Shown piece after piece: positions 20,739 to 31,982 of a stretch of DNA of 64,000 bases. Made by a program: the position numbers and the translations under genes. The DNA lies in contig BOLA01000001.1 in NCBI GenBank assembly GCA_016861265.1, positions 11,569-75,568 on the forward strand. The letters are read 5' to 3'. Under the pieces are notes generated by a model. The model was given only the letters and a program-made list of their open reading frames with translations. It searched no databases and was not told where the DNA came from. The stretch's first letter is position 1; each line of letters opens with the position of its first letter. The stretch is from Patescibacteria group bacterium. GTDB lineage: Bacteria; Patescibacteriota; Dojkabacteria; J137.

Positions 20739-21735
20739 ATGAAGAAAAGATTTGTTGTATTAACCTCCATCTCATTCCTAGTGGCTGCTGCCTTTATTAT
20801 CTTTAACCCTTTAAATGCTGCCGGTATAACAAATATTACCGTAGTTCCTGTTTCTCAAAACCAATCAACAGCTACAGATGTTGTAATAACATTTACACCA
20901 TCTACGGCAATTACAAATTCAACAATACTTATCTACTCTTACGATCCGGCTTTTACAGGTGGTGCGGCTCTAACAGATACAGATATTGCAATTTTAGGAA
21001 CTAATATAACAAGTAAAGCGTGTAGTGATTTTGTAGCGGGTTACTTTACTTGTACTTTAACAACATCGGCATCTGTTACTACACCAGTAACAACAACAAT
21101 TGGTGATACTAATCAGTTAACAACTCCATCAAGTGCGGGTAACTATAGTTTTTCAGTAACAGCTGATATAGGTGGCTTAGGAAGTACAATAGATAGCGGT
21201 GCCGGTTTGGCCTACATTTCAACAGATACTGTAAAAGAAAATGAAGTTCAAGTGACTGCTTACGTTCCGCCTAATCTTTCTTTAGAAGTATACCAAGAAG
21301 GTACTAATACAAAACTTGTAGATCCAAATAACTGCGCAATGGGGGTATTGTCTATTAATACTGTTAAAACTTGTGCCTACGATGTAGGAGTTGGTACCAA
21401 TAATGCAACAGGTGCAAGTGTTACAGTTTCTTCCGACGGGAAGTTAAGAGACAGTGCGACCGACTTTACAGATACAACGGGAGTGATTACAGCAGGTACA
21501 GAAGCTTATGGGTTTTATATTTCTACTCAAGGAACTAGGTTTAGTGCAGCCGGTTTTTTTAATACTTCTTATCAGGCTGTACCTCAATCGGGAACTCAGT
21601 TTGCTACTTCAAGTAACACTAGTGATTTACTAAATACTGCCCAACATGACCATAACTCATGCAGCCAGCATTAGTTCAGTTACACAAGTTGGTAATTATG
21701 CTCATAAGTTAACATATAGGGCATATACAAATTAA
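20739..21735 (+). pseudogene. Secreted WxL/pilin-like protein, frameshifted near 21645
   Basis: ORF stops at 21674; the +1 frame from 21646 gives MTITHAASISSVTQVGNYAHKLTYRAYTN*, matching the paralog C-terminus and abutting the next ATG. Confidence 0.75.
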
Positions 21736-22720
21736 ATGATAACTAAGGGAAAACTCTACAGAGCAATTTTATTTATAGTCGCATTTAGTTTGACAGGCAA
21801 CTTTCTTGCTTTAGTACTTAAAGCTGCTGTTATAAGTCCCGATAAATACTACCTAGAAACTGAAAGTTCAAATCTTGATAATCAAAAATTAGTCATATAC
21901 TCTACTCCAAATCAGGAGAAGCCATTAACATACAAAATAAAACCAATTGGAGTAAAGAAAGTTGGAGAGAATAATGAGAGAATTTTCTATGAGCCCGATG
22001 CCACTAACAATCTAGATGCTGCAAATTGGATTAAAATAATTGATGATCAAGTTACTGTAAATCCAGGGGAAACAATTGAAGTAAAATGGAATTTAACACT
22101 ACCTCAAAATTCGTCTTGTGATACAAAGCTTGCAGGAATTGCGGTGTCTGAAGTTGCATCTGATAACGCAGCAGATAGTGGATCGAATGTATCCGTAAAT
22201 AATGAGGTAATCAGTCAAGTACATATTAATACAACAAGAGAAAACAACGAAAGCTGTAAGTATTATGAAGATCTTTTACTTCAAGAATTTTCAGCTACTC
22301 AGACTATACCAGTTTTCAATTACGATAATATAGAATTCACTACTTTAATAGAAAATAGATCCGATTATTTATCAAGAAACATTAAAGGTTGGTTATATAG
22401 AACTTATTGGTCTTGGAAAAAAAGAAGTAATTGAGTTTAATGATTCAAATCTTGATATCTACCCCAACTCATTAAGACGATTTAATAGTGTTTGGGTAGA
22501 CAAAGACTATCCTAGGGGAGATTTTTTACAAGAAATTATTTACGAAGTTTCTCACTTTAGATTTGGACAATACGAAGCAAGATTAGGTGTAACATTTAAT
22601 GTTAGTCCTAAGATAGTATCTTCTGTGTATGTATGGATTATTCCGTGGAAAATTGTGACTGTAGTTGCAATTATATTAGCTATAGTTATTCTAGTGGTAA
22701 TTAGAGACAGGAAAATCTAG
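21736..22720 (+). pseudogene. DUF916/DUF3324-like membrane-anchored protein, frameshifted by a GGTT duplication
   Basis: GGTTGGTT at 22387-22394; removing one copy restores GYIELIG...FRFGQYEARLG...WIIPWKIV-TM-RDRKI* (326 aa). Confidence 0.85.
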
Positions 22721-22759
22721 AGAACTTAAAGCGCTAAAAAGAATCTCTAAGAAAAATTA

Positions 22760-23908
22760 ATGCTTTTAGAAAAATTTAAACTAAAATTTTTAGCCTTGAT
22801 ATTACTGGCCCTATTATTCTTTGTACCAAGTGTAAAAATAGAAGCCTCAAGACTTGTAGGTATATACAATAATCTAGGCAGAATTGCTGCAAATGTGAAT
22901 TCAATGCATAGTGTTTACTTTGTATTGACCGATCCTATAAATGCTGGAGAGGCCTTTACAGTAACATTTCCATCGGCTTTTACCTTCGGATCACTTTATG
23001 ACCACACAGATATGAGCTTGGATGAGGGCTCAACTAATATCTGCGGCATAGCTACGTTTACCAATAAACCACTTGGAGCTAGCCCATCTGGTTCTACTTG
23101 GGGAGTAAATAAGAGTGGTAATACAGTATTTACTATTACTTCGGGTACAGGCACTTTAGCTACTGGCATATGTATTCGAGTGAATTTTTACACTAATGGT
23201 GCAAATCATACTGTCACTAATCCTAACGTTACCACAAATACCGTCTATAATATGACTGTCGATACCGCAACAGAGTCAGGACAACTATCTGTAATCATTT
23301 TAGGCGATTCAAGTTCAGCAAACGTAGACCAGGTTTCTTTAGAAGCAAATGTATCTACTAGTATACTAATGGGAATTGATACAGTTACATCTGATTGTAA
23401 TAACAATACTCAAACCACTCCTGCAAATCAGACAGTAAACTTTGGTCAGTTGTACCCGGGAGTACCCGTTATTAGTGGGAACTCAATTCCTTTTGTATGT
23501 ATTGAAGCGGGTACTAATTCGGTTAATGGTTTTAGAATTCTGGTACAAAGTTCAAGAGGAGATTCTATAGGCGGGCTTGTATCGGGTAGCGGAGATATTC
23601 TATCTGCAACAGCAAACCTAAATTTGTTAGGCACTACTACAGGTTATGGATTAAGAGTTTCATCGTTAGGTACAGCAACTCTGGGTAGCTTTACGGCAAC
23701 ATCACCCTTTAATTCAAGTACTCCGGGAGATATAGGACAAGTAAGTGGCAGCTCCGGTACAGCATCCCAAATTGTTAATTCAACTGCTCCAGTTAGATCG
23801 GGAAATACGGCAAGAATTGCAATAGAATTAGGAGCAAAATCGAGTACAGCTACACCTGCTGACACTTATTCAGATGTATTAACATTCACTGCATTCACAA
23901 ACTTATGA
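22760..23908 (+). CDS. Secreted Ser/Thr/Gly-rich WxL/pilin-like protein
   Basis: Signal peptide; GYGLRV; C-terminal TPADTYSDVLTFTAFTNL. Confidence 0.7.
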   Translation: MLLEKFKLKFLALILLALLFFVPSVKIEASRLVGIYNNLGRIAANVNSMHSVYFVLTDPINAGEAFTVTFPSAFTFGSLYDHTDMSLDEGSTNICGIATFTNKPLGASPSGSTWGVNKSGNTVFTITSGTGTLATGICIRVNFYTNGANHTVTNPNVTTNTVYNMTVDTATESGQLSVIILGDSSSANVDQVSLEANVSTSILMGIDTVTSDCNNNTQTTPANQTVNFGQLYPGVPVISGNSIPFVCIEAGTNSVNGFRILVQSSRGDSIGGLVSGSGDILSATANLNLLGTTTGYGLRVSSLGTATLGSFTATSPFNSSTPGDIGQVSGSSGTASQIVNSTAPVRSGNTARIAIELGAKSSTATPADTYSDVLTFTAFTNL

Positions 23909-24858
23909 GGTTAAATGGTAAGTATTTAAAAGTTCTGGTAATAATTACTTTAATAATAAGTGTGTTCGCACAACCTCTTATAATCCCAATATATGCTCAA
24001 TCCGAAACTCAGAGTAATGGTAACGGAATTTCGGTGAGTCCTGTTAAGATTCAGAGAAACTTTAAAGGAAACGATAAGGACACTTTAAATTTTACACTCC
24101 TTAACAACGAGGACCAAGATATTAAACTCTCTGTTACACTGAAGAGTTTTAAACTACTAAATAACAATCAAGAAATATCCTTTGATACAACTATAGACGA
24201 AACGGTATTAAACTGGATTAGGAACTTTAAGAATTCTGTAGTTTTAAAACCGAAGGAAAAAACGGAATATAAATTAGAGCTTAATATTCCTGGAGATACT
24301 AAACCAGGAGGATATTTGTTCGGTATATTCTTTGAAACTCAAGGAAAATTTTCTGGTGTTTCTATAAAGTCCGAAACTATAATTAAGCAAAGCATAGGTG
24401 TTCCTGTTATTGTAAACATTGCTGGTGTAGAAGGTATAAGTTATGGACAGATTACTTTAGATTCCTACGATGTTAGCTATAATATAATTACTAATTCAGT
24501 AGATTTCTCTGTAGTAATCTTGAATAATAGTAATCAGATTATTACACCTACTGGTGTCATTACTATAAAAAAGGTATTTGGAACTGGACCTGAAGAATTA
24601 ACATCATCATTTAATTCGGATGGTAAACTAGTAAATGCATTTTCGCTAAGGAGTTTTACAAAAGAAGTACTATTAAATAGATTCACATTTGGAAGATTCG
24701 AAGCAAAATTGGATTTTTTATATGGATTAGAAAATAATGTGTATAGTCAAACTGTGAGTATATATATTATTCCAATCGGTATTCCAGTTATTATTCTTGT
24801 AGTAATACTTTTAATTATATTTAAATTAAGAGCAAGAAAACTATCAAGTGAAGATTAA
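23905..24858 (+). CDS. DUF916/DUF3324-like surface protein with C-terminal TM anchor
   Basis: Signal peptide; GISVSP, WI, IPGDTKPGGY, FGRFEAKL; TM segment plus basic tail. Confidence 0.7.
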   Translation: MRLNGKYLKVLVIITLIISVFAQPLIIPIYAQSETQSNGNGISVSPVKIQRNFKGNDKDTLNFTLLNNEDQDIKLSVTLKSFKLLNNNQEISFDTTIDETVLNWIRNFKNSVVLKPKEKTEYKLELNIPGDTKPGGYLFGIFFETQGKFSGVSIKSETIIKQSIGVPVIVNIAGVEGISYGQITLDSYDVSYNIITNSVDFSVVILNNSNQIITPTGVITIKKVFGTGPEELTSSFNSDGKLVNAFSLRSFTKEVLLNRFTFGRFEAKLDFLYGLENNVYSQTVSIYIIPIGIPVIILVVILLIIFKLRARKLSSED

Positions 24859-25792
24859 AGTTCTAAGTCTAATAATTTTTTTTGTAGCATTATTACCATA
24901 TGCTTTAGTTAAAGCCGATGTTAATCAAGGCATTACACTAGCTCCCATATCTGCCGATATAAAACTAAAGGTGGAACAAGAATATAAGGGGTCTTTTACA
25001 ATAAGAAATAACGAGCAAAACAATTTAAATATAGAATTTAAAGAAGCGGATCTTAATGATGGTCAGGTTACCAACGAAAGTAATCTCTACTGGTTTAGTA
25101 TAGATTCAACTAAACATATTCTTGATGCAAACTCTGATTTACAGGTTGAATATACCGTAAAAATCCCTACAGACACCACTCCGGGTCGGTATTCAAAAGC
25201 AATTCTAATTAAATTGGTTAACACCTCTGAAGGAGAATCAACTTTTAACTTAAGCTTAACCTACGCAGTTAGTATATATGTAGAATCCTTATTTAATAAT
25301 GAGTTAGGCACTAGAATTAAGGAATTCTACTCAGATTCCAAATTAATTTTCGAGAATAAGGTGAATTTAAACCTTAACGTGGAGAACGCATCGGGGTTCT
25401 CTAAACCACTAATTAATCTAAATATAATCAACCCAAGCGGTAAGATTGTTTATACAACTGTACTTAACGAATCGCTTCAGACATTAAGAGAACAAAAAAC
25501 TTATAAAGTTACAGCATCTTGGCCTAATATTAATTTATTTGATATTGGACCATATACAGCTCAAGCATTGGTAACAGATACACTTACTGGTAAAACTTCG
25601 GTTAATAGAATAACCTTTTTTAACTTAAACTGGCTTTATTTTGGAATAATCTTACTAGTATTTGTTGGAGGGGTGTTCTTTTTAAGATTTGTTAGGGGGT
25701 TAATTAAAATTATAAAAATAAACAGAGATGTTAACTCTTCAGAAAATTTACTGGGAGTAAAAAAAGACTCTAGAAAAAGAGGAGCAAAATAG
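24848..25792 (+). CDS. DUF916/DUF3324-like surface protein with C-terminal TM anchor
   Basis: GITLAP, IPTDTTPGRY, IGPYTA; TM segment plus basic tail. Confidence 0.7.
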   Translation: MKIKVLSLIIFFVALLPYALVKADVNQGITLAPISADIKLKVEQEYKGSFTIRNNEQNNLNIEFKEADLNDGQVTNESNLYWFSIDSTKHILDANSDLQVEYTVKIPTDTTPGRYSKAILIKLVNTSEGESTFNLSLTYAVSIYVESLFNNELGTRIKEFYSDSKLIFENKVNLNLNVENASGFSKPLINLNIINPSGKIVYTTVLNESLQTLREQKTYKVTASWPNINLFDIGPYTAQALVTDTLTGKTSVNRITFFNLNWLYFGIILLVFVGGVFFLRFVRGLIKIIKINRDVNSSENLLGVKKDSRKRGAK

Positions 25793-25793
25793 A

Positions 25794-26666
25794 TTACAGA
25801 TTAGAATCTTCAGTACTTATTTGTTGATAAACAGAATCTGGCACCTGAAAGTAATATTCTGAGTTTTGTTTATGAACGTAATAATTCCCTTCTAGTATAT
25901 AAAATTCAAATTTGTACTCGTTATTTATAGATACATCTAAAACAGGTGTTGTGTTTACCAGTAAATTAGTGATTTGTTGCGAGGCAATAGATGTCCCTTC
26001 TATGTTAGATATGTAGTATAGAATATTCTTGAGTTGTTCGAATTCCACTGTCTTACTATTTTTAAACCATACTGAATATACCAATTTATATTTATTCTCG
26101 TTAATATTAAACTCAGTTATTGAATTAGGGTCAATTCTAGTTATAGTCTTATCTCTATAAAAGTCTTCCTCATAGTCGAATATTGATTCAATACTTGTGT
26201 CTGTACTTAGAACCTTGCTAGTGTTAAAAAATCTTATAAAGTTTTCATCGTCAGAATTAACTTTACCCACTAATATTTTTACTGACGAATACTTGGTGGA
26301 GATTATTAAATAACTGGCAGAGTCATCTACCTGGTAATTAGCGTATGTATTTGAATCAGAAGTTACTAGGGAGTTTATATTTATCTGTAGTAATTTTGAA
26401 AGAGTAATCTCAACTATTCGGTTAGATGCTGCTTTACTATTAATACTCCAATTATGACTATTTTTAGAAAAAAACAGAAGCGCATTGTTAGTTTTATATT
26501 CAACGCTCTGAATATCATCCAGTTTTATATTTTCAAACAATGGTTCAGTAATATAGGCGCTATCTTTCTTTTTAGCCCATAAATCTATTAGTGATACACC
26601 TAAAATTAATACTGCTGCACAAGCAAAAAATATTAGCTTTTTTGGTACAGCAGTATTTTTTATCAT
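25794..26666 (-). CDS. DUF4340-like protein
   Basis: N-terminal anchor, ILVGK motif; usual position after a GldG-like gene. Confidence 0.7.
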   Translation of the reverse strand: MIKNTAVPKKLIFFACAAVLILGVSLIDLWAKKKDSAYITEPLFENIKLDDIQSVEYKTNNALLFFSKNSHNWSINSKAASNRIVEITLSKLLQININSLVTSDSNTYANYQVDDSASYLIISTKYSSVKILVGKVNSDDENFIRFFNTSKVLSTDTSIESIFDYEEDFYRDKTITRIDPNSITEFNINENKYKLVYSVWFKNSKTVEFEQLKNILYYISNIEGTSIASQQITNLLVNTTPVLDVSINNEYKFEFYILEGNYYVHKQNSEYYFQVPDSVYQQISTEDSNL

Positions 26667-28912
26667 TAAATTGAATAATTTCTATTTACTATTCGCCTCC
26701 TATTTACCGTTACTATCCCAAAGATTAAACCACATATTAATACAGGAATGCCCATGCTAACCGCAACAAATGTTAGTTGTTGTGAATTATTTAAATTTAA
26801 TGGTTTAGCTGAATTCGTCTTGGCTTTAATGCTACCAATAAGACTATCCCGAACCAACCATGAAATTGAATTTAGTGTAAAAGATATAACTTCTTTATTC
26901 TGTTCCTGTCTCTGGGCTAGGGCTTCTAATATATTGTCTGTAATAAAGTCCGTATCCGAAATTATTACTCCTCTTCCACCTTTAGAATTTTCAATTGCAA
27001 CCCCTACAGTTTGTTTAGCATCAGTACTTTTTGCATTCCAATTTTGTTCAAATGAAGTATTAAATTCCTCTTCTGTTTGTACATTTGAATTACTTCCAGT
27101 CTCAAGTAAAGGATAAATCGTTTGGCCTTCTTTTTGCGTAGTCGTAATTGAAGAAGCCCAAAGAAGTGATACAGCAGATACATCCTTGTTTATATTCGTA
27201 TTATTTTCAATTGGCTTTGATACAATCCACTGAGGGAAATTAAATATAACAGGTGAGAATATGGATTGTAGAGCAATAATATTATTATTTTCTAGATCAT
27301 AAACAATATCGTTGTTAACTTTTATACCCGCATCCTCGAATAAAGTGGCTAAAGAGTTAGGATTAACAGTGGGTGTCTCCGAATTAGTATCTACGGCATC
27401 AGTAAGTAAGAATACACTACCTCCATTATTATAGTAGTTTTTTAATGCTTGTATGGATTGTTCATCGAATGGTTGATTTGCACCAGGTATTATTACTGCA
27501 TCTATATCGCTAGATATTAGAGCTGAATCGTTAGAAAGATCAAGTTGCTGGACATCAAATAAATCAACAAGTTCTGAATATAGCTGAGTTAGGTCACTGT
27601 TTGTAGAATGCATTACATTGTTACTTACAAACGCAATCTGCTTTTTTTCAGTTTCTGCCAACTTCTTAATTTTTTTTGTAACCTGGTACTCTAAATCTGT
27701 TAAAACAGCTGTATTAAAATTTAATACCTCATTTTTATCTTGATATTTTAGAATTATTCCAAAGTAACCAACAACAACTTGGGATGAATCCTGAGAGTTA
27801 ACTGAAAATTGAATAGGCGTTATACCGGCTGATTCGGCTTGGTTTTTTACGCTTTCATCTTTATCTGGTTCTTTAGTGCTTACATTTATTTTTCCTGCAG
27901 ATGCCTTGGAATAATCTGTGAGTAAATCGCTTACTCGTCTCAATTCATTTTGAAATTGAATAGGTAAATTCGATGACACATAGTAATCAATGTATAAAGG
28001 GTCCTTTATATTATTTACCACTGCTGTGGTTGCCGGAGAAAGCGTATATCTTTGATCAGATGTAAAATCTAATCTTCCCGGTATTACTTGTCCTAACGTA
28101 CCTACTAGCCCAGCAATAATCACCAACAATACAGTAACTATTCTACTATTCCTTAAATATTTATGATTACTTGGGTATTTATCTTTAATTAGTAGATAAT
28201 ATGCAATTGATAGGAATAGAAATATGAAAGCTACAAAGTAAAATAAGTCTCTTAAATCAAGGACTCCCCTTGATATTGATTGAAAATGAGACAAAAGACT
28301 TATTTTTTCTAGTAAAGTCGAAACTCCAGATGGAAGCGTAGACACAAAACTTGACCCTGCCACAATTAGTAATGCAACAATAACTGCAGTTGTAAGAAAG
28401 GACGCTACTTCAGTCTTAAATAAAGTGGACACAGCAATTCCTACGCTAACAATTGCGATGGCAAGCACAATTGCACCTAAGTACTGCATAAATACTTGTC
28501 CAAAGTCTACACCCGCATAATTTGCCGTAATTATTGTAAATGGTAATGTTAAAAGTATTAATGCCGTGGATAAGATGGAGTATGATACAAATTTTGAGAA
28601 TAGCAACTCAAGTTCGGAAATTGGTTTTGATAACAAATATTCAATAGTGCCATTATTTTTTTCCTTCGATACTGATCCCATTACAAGAGCTGGTATTGCA
28701 ATAGCCATTGCAAAAACCATGTAAGAGAAAACCTGAGTTAAATCGTTGGTCCCGAATTTTAAAAACTGACCAATCCCAAACACAAGTATTCCAACTACTA
28801 ATATAAATAGCAGACCCACAATAAGTCCTGTGGTCGAAAATATTACCGATTTTAATTCTCTAGCAATTAAAGATAGTATTGCTTTATTAAATTTAAATTT
28901 CTTTTTTTTCAT
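26666..28912 (-). CDS. ABC permease (GldF-like) fused to a GldG-like domain
   Basis: EKNNGTIEYLLSKP; HFQSISRGVLDLRD; RLDFTSDQRYTLS; LEYQVT. Confidence 0.85.
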   Translation of the reverse strand: MKKKKFKFNKAILSLIARELKSVIFSTTGLIVGLLFILVVGILVFGIGQFLKFGTNDLTQVFSYMVFAMAIAIPALVMGSVSKEKNNGTIEYLLSKPISELELLFSKFVSYSILSTALILLTLPFTIITANYAGVDFGQVFMQYLGAIVLAIAIVSVGIAVSTLFKTEVASFLTTAVIVALLIVAGSSFVSTLPSGVSTLLEKISLLSHFQSISRGVLDLRDLFYFVAFIFLFLSIAYYLLIKDKYPSNHKYLRNSRIVTVLLVIIAGLVGTLGQVIPGRLDFTSDQRYTLSPATTAVVNNIKDPLYIDYYVSSNLPIQFQNELRRVSDLLTDYSKASAGKINVSTKEPDKDESVKNQAESAGITPIQFSVNSQDSSQVVVGYFGIILKYQDKNEVLNFNTAVLTDLEYQVTKKIKKLAETEKKQIAFVSNNVMHSTNSDLTQLYSELVDLFDVQQLDLSNDSALISSDIDAVIIPGANQPFDEQSIQALKNYYNNGGSVFLLTDAVDTNSETPTVNPNSLATLFEDAGIKVNNDIVYDLENNNIIALQSIFSPVIFNFPQWIVSKPIENNTNINKDVSAVSLLWASSITTTQKEGQTIYPLLETGSNSNVQTEEEFNTSFEQNWNAKSTDAKQTVGVAIENSKGGRGVIISDTDFITDNILEALAQRQEQNKEVISFTLNSISWLVRDSLIGSIKAKTNSAKPLNLNNSQQLTFVAVSMGIPVLICGLIFGIVTVNRRRIVNRNYSI

Positions 28913-28913
28913 A

Positions 28914-29831
28914 TTAATTATTTAATGTTAGTGATCTAAATACTTCTTCAAGGTTTTGATTTACAATTTTTAATTCATAAATTTGCCAGTTATTCTCTTT
29001 AGCTCTGGTATTGATTTCTTCAATTATTTTTTCAACGTTACCACCTTTTATTTCAAATTGATGTTTACTATCTTTCGAGCCAATAAGTTTAACTTGAGTA
29101 GCGTTTATATTAATTGTTGGCTTCGATTTAGATTTTATGACTAATTCAATTGTAGTGTTTTTAAGCTGATCCTTGGCAAAATCTTCCTTGGATCCATCCT
29201 TGACCACTTCACCTTTATTAATAATTACAATTCTATTACACATTAACTCTACTTCTTGAAGAACGTGTGTAGAAATTATCACTGTTTTGTTCTTACCAAG
29301 CTCCATAATTAAGTTTCGAATTTCACCTCTTTGATTTGGATCTAAACCTTCTGTAGGTTCGTCTAATATTAGAATCTCTGGGTCAGAAACTAAAACTTGC
29401 GCTAATCCAACTCTTTGCTTATATCCTTTAGATAATTCCGATATTGGTTTGTAGAATACTTTTTCTAGACCTGTTGCTTTAACAACATAATCAATTCTTT
29501 CCTTATATTTATCCTTACTAACATTGTTTAGACTCAGTGAATACTCAATTGCTTCCTTAACAAGCATTTCTTTATATAGCGGATTGCTTTCAGGCATAAA
29601 ACCAATTCTTTTTTTCCCATAAGCAGGAAAATCTCTAATACTTTTGCCATTTATCAGTACGTCACCTTCGTCGGGAATTATTAGACCGGTGATTATCTTC
29701 ATGGTAGTACTCTTTCCGGCCCCATTCGGACCTAGTAAGCCTACAATTTGTCCCTTGTCTATATTTAAACTGAGATTATTTACTGCAGTATTTTGGTTAT
29801 ATTTTTTAGTTATATTTTTAATTTCGACCAT
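28914..29831 (-). CDS. ABC transporter ATP-binding protein (GldA-like)
   Basis: GPNGAGKST, LSKGYKQRVGLAQ, ILDEPT. Confidence 0.92.
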   Translation of the reverse strand: MVEIKNITKKYNQNTAVNNLSLNIDKGQIVGLLGPNGAGKSTTMKIITGLIIPDEGDVLINGKSIRDFPAYGKKRIGFMPESNPLYKEMLVKEAIEYSLSLNNVSKDKYKERIDYVVKATGLEKVFYKPISELSKGYKQRVGLAQVLVSDPEILILDEPTEGLDPNQRGEIRNLIMELGKNKTVIISTHVLQEVELMCNRIVIINKGEVVKDGSKEDFAKDQLKNTTIELVIKSKSKPTININATQVKLIGSKDSKHQFEIKGGNVEKIIEEINTRAKENNWQIYELKIVNQNLEEVFRSLTLNN

Positions 29832-29949
29832 ATATTTTGTTTAATATAATTCAGTATAAATAAATTTAATTACAGTACTTTTACAAAGTCATAAAACTAT
29901 TTTATATCTGGTTATTCAATTTGTGCAAATAATATATACTTCCTTCAAT

Positions 29950-31746
29950 TTATTTACTCTTTAATTGCTTAGCCCGATTAATTAAATCTTCTATTTCCTT
30001 TAACCCATTGTCCCAGAACTCTTTTTTAGTAATATCAATTCCTAGATCAAGAAAAATATCTTTAGGTGATTTGCTTGTACCCGCACTCAAGAATTCTTTA
30101 ACTTTTATAATAAACTTTGGATCTTTTTTTACACTATTCTGTAATGATTTTGAAATTAGAAGACCGCTTGCGTAAGAATAAACATAAAAGTAAGTTCTAA
30201 TATGGGTCCAACTTACCCATTTATATTTTGTAGGTTTGTAATCAATTGCATCTCCGTATAAAGGAGCGAATGAGTTAAGGAAGATTTCGCTAATGTCCTC
30301 TTTGGATAAGTAACCATGTTCTCTAAATTTACTGTGTAAATTCTGTTCAAACATATAGCATGCTACCTGCATAAATATTGTTCCAATGTCGTCTTCAATT
30401 TTCTGCATTAGTAGAATAAACTTTTGTTCATCGTTAGAGTCTTTATAAATTTTCTGCCAGACAAAGTCTTCCATGAACGTACTGGCAACTTCTGCAGTAG
30501 AAAGAACTGTGCCATAATTAATCTCATTTTGTACTCTCATTAATTCATCGTTTATTCCGTGTCCCATTTCATGTGCCAGTGTTAAACAGTCTTGAATCTT
30601 TCCTGTAAAATTTAAAAGAATATAAACTGGGAGGTTCTTACTTACACTTGCACAGAATGCACCGTTCACTTTACCTTTTGCTGGATATACATCTACTCTT
30701 CCATCCTCAAAAAATTTTCTGTAGATTTGCTCGAATTCAGGGTCTAAATTCTTCATTACGTCTGCCACTAAATCAACTGCTTGGTCAAGTGTATACTCTT
30801 TAACATTATTTGGATCAACATTCTCATCTAAATATTCTAAACCCAATAATGCTTCGTGTGCCTTGAGTTGTTTTTTGTTAACAAGACCGGCTTTAAATCT
30901 AAAATAATCTTGAACCAGACCAAATTTCGAACTAACACTTTCTACCATAGCATTTACAACCTCGGTATCGATATCATCGGCTAAATGTCTGCTCGCTTCC
31001 GGTATTTCGTAACTTCTTAATTGATCAGAATTTCTTTTGTATTCCAAAATTGAATTAATTTCATTTTCCGCAAGAGGAGCCCATCTTTCTCTAATTTTCA
31101 ACAATGCTTCAAAAGCCGAATCTCTTACTGCTACGTTTCTAGTGTCTATCATTGGGCCAATTAACGAAACGGGTCTTTTTTCTATATTACCTTCTTCTGT
31201 AAGGACCTCTTCAGAATCATTTGCAATAAAAGATTCAACCATTTGACTCCAATTATACTTTGCTGGCTTGGACAGTAACGCAACAACCTTCTCTTGTTCT
31301 TCAGTAAGTAGATACTTAGACTCTTTGAATAGTCTTTCTAAGAAATGCTTATATTCAGCAAGTACGGGGGCATCTAGAAATGTATTCTGTGCAGATAACT
31401 CAATTTTTGAGAGCCTATGGGTAAAAAATTGAAGGTCATTTGCTAAATTTGTTGCAAATTCATCAATCTTATTAATGTGGGCTTTTATTGAAGGATCACC
31501 TTGTTGTAAGGCATCTTTTAGTTCAAAATAGAAACTTAGGCCTGAGTCAATTCCATACTTCTCACTTAGTGTAGAATACTCATCCAATGCCTTTTTAAGT
31601 GTATCAGGACTAGTTAAATACTCTGTATTGCTTAACCATTTTTCTATAAACTCCTGCCAAGCATTACGAACCTGTTTTTTTAAAGATTCTATATATTCAG
31701 GGTCCTCAGAAGTTAAAAGCAGTTGTAAATTCCATTTGGTGTTCAT
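29950..31746 (-). CDS. pepF: M3B oligoendopeptidase F
   Basis: TLAHEMGH, AEVASTF, FYVYSYA. Confidence 0.9.
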   Translation of the reverse strand: MNTKWNLQLLLTSEDPEYIESLKKQVRNAWQEFIEKWLSNTEYLTSPDTLKKALDEYSTLSEKYGIDSGLSFYFELKDALQQGDPSIKAHINKIDEFATNLANDLQFFTHRLSKIELSAQNTFLDAPVLAEYKHFLERLFKESKYLLTEEQEKVVALLSKPAKYNWSQMVESFIANDSEEVLTEEGNIEKRPVSLIGPMIDTRNVAVRDSAFEALLKIRERWAPLAENEINSILEYKRNSDQLRSYEIPEASRHLADDIDTEVVNAMVESVSSKFGLVQDYFRFKAGLVNKKQLKAHEALLGLEYLDENVDPNNVKEYTLDQAVDLVADVMKNLDPEFEQIYRKFFEDGRVDVYPAKGKVNGAFCASVSKNLPVYILLNFTGKIQDCLTLAHEMGHGINDELMRVQNEINYGTVLSTAEVASTFMEDFVWQKIYKDSNDEQKFILLMQKIEDDIGTIFMQVACYMFEQNLHSKFREHGYLSKEDISEIFLNSFAPLYGDAIDYKPTKYKWVSWTHIRTYFYVYSYASGLLISKSLQNSVKKDPKFIIKVKEFLSAGTSKSPKDIFLDLGIDITKKEFWDNGLKEIEDLINRAKQLKSK

Positions 31747-31840
31747 AGCTAGTTTTAAAAAATACTATAAATATTACCATAGGAATGCTTTATTGACTTA
31801 TGGGCTACTTTTGATATACTCTATGTGCTTTAGTATTGAC

Positions 31841-31912
31841 GCGGGTATAGTATATCGGTCATTATGTCAGTTTTCCAAACTGAAGAGGCGGGTTCGATTC
31901 CCGCTACCCGCT
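31841..31912 (+). tRNA. tRNA-Gly(TCC)
   Basis: GCGGGTA...TCAGT-TTTCCAA-ACTGA...GGTTCGATTCC...TACCCGC-T cloverleaf. Confidence 0.95.
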
Positions 31913-31982
31913 TTTTTCTTCAAATATCCTTTCTGTGTACTTATAGTCGTTAGTATTGGTCTGATTGAATATATAAGGATTA

